NCBI GenBank assembly: GCA_947306755.1
Contig: CAMZHI010000005.1
Location: 1-60,369 of the forward strand
Direction of reading: 5' to 3'
DNA: 60,369 bases
Source: an uncultured Clostridia bacterium
GTDB taxonomy: Bacteria; Bacillota; Clostridia; TANB77; CAG-508
This document shows, one piece after another, positions 57,332 to 60,369 of the stretch. The translations under genes were made by a program, and so were the position numbers. The notes below the pieces were generated by a model. That model made no database searches and was not told the origin of the DNA. It was given only the letters and a program-made list of their open reading frames with translations. Every line of letters begins with the position of its first letter. Positions within the stretch are counted from its first letter, which is position 1.

Positions 57332-58008
57332 AAAATAATAAAAAAGTTACAGCAATAATTTTAGTTGCAGGAAATAGTACAAGATATGGACAAAATAGAA
57401 ATAAAAATTTTGAAATAATAAATGAAAAAACTGTTTTAAGTTATAGTTTAAATGAATTTGATAAGAATCAATATATTGGTAACATAATTATAGCTATTAA
57501 AGAAGATGAAAGAATAATAGTAGAAAAGATTGTAAATGAAGAAAACCCTACAAAAAAAGTTGATTTTGTAATTGGTGGTAATTCGAGAAAAGAATCTGTT
57601 TATAATTGTATAAACTCAACAAATTCAGATATTGTAATTATACATGATGGGGCAAGACCTATGATAAAACAAGAATATATAAATAAATGTATTGAGAGTA
57701 TGGATGAATTTGAAGGAGTTACTATTGGTGTAAAATCCAAAGACACAATTAAAATAACAGATGATAATGGAATTGTAATTAGCTCAACAAATAGAAGCAA
57801 TACATGGATTGTTCAGACTCCACAGTGTTTTAATAGAAATACTTTATTACAAATGCACCAGAAATATGCTAATGAGGATGCAACTGATGATTGTGGCTTG
57901 CTAGAAAGAGATAATTATAAAATTAAAATGTTAGAAGGAGATTATACCAATATAAAAATTACTACATATGGAGATTTAAATATTGCAAAAGAATTTATTG
58001 GTATTTAA
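57328..58008 (+). CDS. ispD: 2-C-methyl-D-erythritol 4-phosphate cytidylyltransferase (IspD/TarI family)
   Basis: The TTG start lies 7 nt after AAGGAGG and overlaps the ispE stop. Motifs seen: AIILVAGNSTRYG, IHDGARP, VQTPQCF, TDDCGL and NIKITTYGDL. Confidence 0.8.
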   Translation: MKNNKKVTAIILVAGNSTRYGQNRNKNFEIINEKTVLSYSLNEFDKNQYIGNIIIAIKEDERIIVEKIVNEENPTKKVDFVIGGNSRKESVYNCINSTNSDIVIIHDGARPMIKQEYINKCIESMDEFEGVTIGVKSKDTIKITDDNGIVISSTNRSNTWIVQTPQCFNRNTLLQMHQKYANEDATDDCGLLERDNYKIKMLEGDYTNIKITTYGDLNIAKEFIGI

Positions 58009-58024
58009 AAATAAGGAGGCTCTT

Positions 58025-58441
58025 ATGGAAAATTATATAAAAATTGGAATTGGTGTAATAGTTTTAAATGGAAACAAAATCTTATTAGGACATAGAGCTA
58101 AAGACAGAAAAGATACTGGTGGAATATATGAAACTGATTGTTGGACAATACCAGGAGGAAAACAAGAATATAATGAAACATTTTTTGAAGGTGCAAAACG
58201 TGAAATAAAAGAAGAAACGAATTTAGATATTGACGATTTAGAATTATTTGGTATTGCAGATGATATTCAACCTGATAGACATTATTTATCAATACATATT
58301 ATTGCAAATAAATATAGTGGAGAATTAAAAGTTATGGAACCTACTAAAGAAGACGAGTGGAAATGGTTTGATTTAGATAATTTACCTGAAAAAATATACT
58401 CGCCTTCAAAAAAATTCATAGAAGCATATAAAAAAAGATAG
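58025..58441 (+). CDS. NUDIX hydrolase
   Basis: ATG 58025 follows AAGGAGG. The Nudix box is GGKQEYNETFFEGAKREIKEETNL. Confidence 0.85.
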   Translation: MENYIKIGIGVIVLNGNKILLGHRAKDRKDTGGIYETDCWTIPGGKQEYNETFFEGAKREIKEETNLDIDDLELFGIADDIQPDRHYLSIHIIANKYSGELKVMEPTKEDEWKWFDLDNLPEKIYSPSKKFIEAYKKR

Positions 58442-58460
58442 CAAAAAGGGGAAGCAAAAA

Positions 58461-58541
58461 GGGGACACCTTCCAAAAACAGGAGTAATTTAGAAGAACTA
58501 AAAATTAAGAGATGATGAATCTGATTTTGGAAGGTGTCCCC
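58461..58541. repeat. Family D inverted repeat GGGGACACCTTCCAAAA / TTTTGGAAGGTGTCCCC
   Basis: The 17-nt arms are at 58461-58477 and 58525-58541. The first 23 nt recur identically at 60147-60169. Confidence 0.8.
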
Positions 58542-58565
58542 AAAATGTAATTGGAGGAAAATAGT

Positions 58566-59333
58566 ATGCAATATATAAATTCGAATAAACTAAACAAAAT
58601 TAATCTTAATAAAGATAATTTCTATGTTTTAATTGATTTTGACAGAACAATAACACAAGGAGGAAGCATAAGTAGTTGGAATATTTTAAATTATTCAACA
58701 TTATTAGGACCAGATTTTAGAAAAAAACGTAAGGAAATACATAAACCAAAGCCAAATGGTGATGATAAAATTAAGATAGAGTATTATGAAGATAAATTTA
58801 AAAAATATTTAAAAATACAAGAAGATTTTAATTTAAATGATATAATAATAGATGATGTTGTTAGAGATGTTCCTTTGGTTTTTCGTAATCATGCAAAAGA
58901 ATTCTTTTCAAAAATGTATGAACTAAAGATTCCTGTAATTATAATATCTTGTAGTATAAAAAATATATTAGAAAAAGTATTAAGGGTGCATAATTGTTAC
59001 TATGATAATATAGAAATATATTCAAATTATTATGATTATTCTGAACAGAGAAATCATATTTATAATATTACACCTTATAGTAAAAATAAAATATCTTTTT
59101 CAAAAAAAACAAACAAATTGATTGAAAATAGGAAATATATAGTTTTATTAGGAGATAGGGTAGAAGACATTAAAATGGTATCAAAAGACAAATTAGAGAA
59201 TACTATATCATTTGGCTTTTTGGATGAAGATAAAGGAATAGAAAAAAATCTGGAAAAATATAATTCTAATTTTAATGTGGTTTTGACAAATGACTCAGGT
59301 TTTGAAGATGTAATAAAGATATTAAAAATTTAA
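58566..59333 (+). CDS. HAD-superfamily hydrolase (pyrimidine 5'-nucleotidase/UMPH-1-like), paralog 1
   Basis: ATG 58566 lies 7 nt after GGAGGA. Motif I is LIDFDRTIT, followed by IISCSIKN and a later LGDRVEDIKM. Confidence 0.65.
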   Translation: MQYINSNKLNKINLNKDNFYVLIDFDRTITQGGSISSWNILNYSTLLGPDFRKKRKEIHKPKPNGDDKIKIEYYEDKFKKYLKIQEDFNLNDIIIDDVVRDVPLVFRNHAKEFFSKMYELKIPVIIISCSIKNILEKVLRVHNCYYDNIEIYSNYYDYSEQRNHIYNITPYSKNKISFSKKTNKLIENRKYIVLLGDRVEDIKMVSKDKLENTISFGFLDEDKGIEKNLEKYNSNFNVVLTNDSGFEDVIKILKI

Positions 59334-59361
59334 AAATAAAAATGGAGGAAATCTAATTTAA

Positions 59362-60177
59362 ATGATAATATATAATAAAGATAAAATAGAACAACTAAAA
59401 AAAATATTAAACAATGATTTTTATATATTAACAGATTTTGATGGAACTATAACTAAAGGGTCAAATAATAGTACTTGGGCAAGTATTTTTAAAAATGAAA
59501 AAGTATCAGATGAATTTATACAAGAATGTACAAAGATATATAATTATTACCATAAATATGAATTAAATAATGAGATATCGATAGAAGAAAAAAGCAAAAT
59601 TATGGAAGAATGGTATAAAAATAATATAAAAACATTAGAAAAGTTTAGTATTACAAAAGAAATAATTCAAAAATCTGCTGATACTGTTAAATATTTGCTA
59701 TTCAGAGATGGAGCAAAAGAGTTTTTAAAAGATATGTATGAAAAGAGTATTCCTGTAATAATTATTTCAGCAGGAGTAGGAGATATTATAGAACAAGCTC
59801 TAATAAATGAAAAATCTAATTATGAAAATATATCTATTTATTCAAATTTTCTAAAATATGAAAATGAAAAAATTGTTGGAACAAAAAGCAAAGAATTGAT
59901 ACATCCATTAAACAAAAACGAAATAATAATGTCAGATGATCTTAAAGCAAAGATTTCAAATAGAAAAAATATATTACTTTTTGGAAATAATTTATATGAT
60001 ATAAAAATGACTAATAATGAAAAAAATGTATTTAAAATAGGATTTTTGGATGAAGACATAGAAGTAAAATTAGAAGCTTATAAAGCTTTCTATGATATAG
60101 TTTGCACAGACAATTCATCATATTTTGATTTGAAAAAAACATTATGGGGACACCTTCCAAAAACAGGAACATTTTAG
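59362..60177 (+). CDS. HAD-superfamily hydrolase (UMPH-1-like), paralog 2, with a repeat-encoded C-terminal tail
   Basis: Motifs seen: LTDFDGTIT, IISAGVGD and FGNNLYDIKM. The last 10 codons (WGHLPKTGTF) are supplied by the family D repeat copy. Confidence 0.65.
   Translation: MIIYNKDKIEQLKKILNNDFYILTDFDGTITKGSNNSTWASIFKNEKVSDEFIQECTKIYNYYHKYELNNEISIEEKSKIMEEWYKNNIKTLEKFSITKEIIQKSADTVKYLLFRDGAKEFLKDMYEKSIPVIIISAGVGDIIEQALINEKSNYENISIYSNFLKYENEKIVGTKSKELIHPLNKNEIIMSDDLKAKISNRKNILLFGNNLYDIKMTNNEKNVFKIGFLDEDIEVKLEAYKAFYDIVCTDNSSYFDLKKTLWGHLPKTGTF
60147..60169. repeat. Family D repeat, solo copy inside the 3' end of a CDS
   Basis: GGGGACACCTTCCAAAAACAGGA is identical to 58461-58483. Confidence 0.8.
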
Positions 60178-60191
60178 GAGGAAAAATAAGA

Positions 60192-60369
60192 ATGAATATT
60201 GATAATTTTAAATATTCTAAGATTAATCAAAGAGAATGGGACAAAATAGCAGAGGCTGGTTGTGAATGGACTAAACCAATATCACATGAAAAGCTTATAG
60301 AAAATAAAAATAATGATTTTAAATTATATATTTCTCCATCTATACCAATTCCAAGAGATTGGTTACCTG
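60192..60369 (+). CDS. Probable class I SAM-dependent methyltransferase, 3'-truncated by the window edge
   Basis: RBS is AGGAGG. The N-terminus MNIDNFKYSKINQREWDKIAEAGCEWTKPISHEKL resembles the W..a....WT.P.s N-termini of small-molecule methyltransferases. Only 59 codons are visible. Confidence 0.35.
   Translation, partial: MNIDNFKYSKINQREWDKIAEAGCEWTKPISHEKLIENKNNDFKLYISPSIPIPRDWLP

Noticed and set aside
60147-60177. LPKTG at the C-terminus of the HAD paralog as a sortase substrate
   Set aside because: The protein has no signal peptide, only two residues follow the motif (no hydrophobic anchor or basic tail), and the motif is encoded by a dispersed DNA repeat.

Overview
This is a very AT-rich chromosomal segment with standard genetic code, Shine-Dalgarno-led genes and clostridial-type gene order, so it most likely comes from a low-G+C Gram-positive (Clostridia-like) bacterium. 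(i) 1-8.4 kb is a surface-display cassette: three dockerin-tagged Ig-repeat/BspA-type LRR proteins followed by a single-cohesin protein anchored by an LPKTG sortase signal. (ii) 8.8-15.6 kb is the cell-shape cluster DUF4321-radC-mreB-mreC-mreD-PBP2-minC. Here radC and mreD each carry a 1-nt frameshift, and minD/minE are absent. (iii) 17.1-36.7 kb is a roughly 20-kb tandem duplication of a two-gene module encoding giant wall-associated proteins. The A-type has DUF11/SdrD-B repeats; the B-type has a putative thioester-domain head on a Cna-B/SdrD-B stalk. All four have non-LPXTG sorting-like tails. (iv) 36.8-60.4 kb is mostly housekeeping: WG-repeat protein, nifS-like desulfurase, tadA, upp, pyrP, topA, PiT/DUF47, ligA, ispF-like/ispE/ispD, NUDIX, two HAD paralogs and a partial methyltransferase. 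It also holds an orphan AgrC-like kinase, a sortase, a solitary mazF and an HD-GYP protein. The intergenic DNA carries at least four families of short palindromic repeats and a ~220-nt GC-rich structured element between PBP2 and minC. All three adhesin operons share an 11-bp-phased TGTAAYA array plus a TTCCGTAA box upstream. A 16-codon Trp-rich ORF with its own RBS and terminator sits ahead of the kinase. I recognised no rRNA, tRNA, CRISPR array, transposase or integrase. All domain calls are motif recognition by eye; no searches were run.
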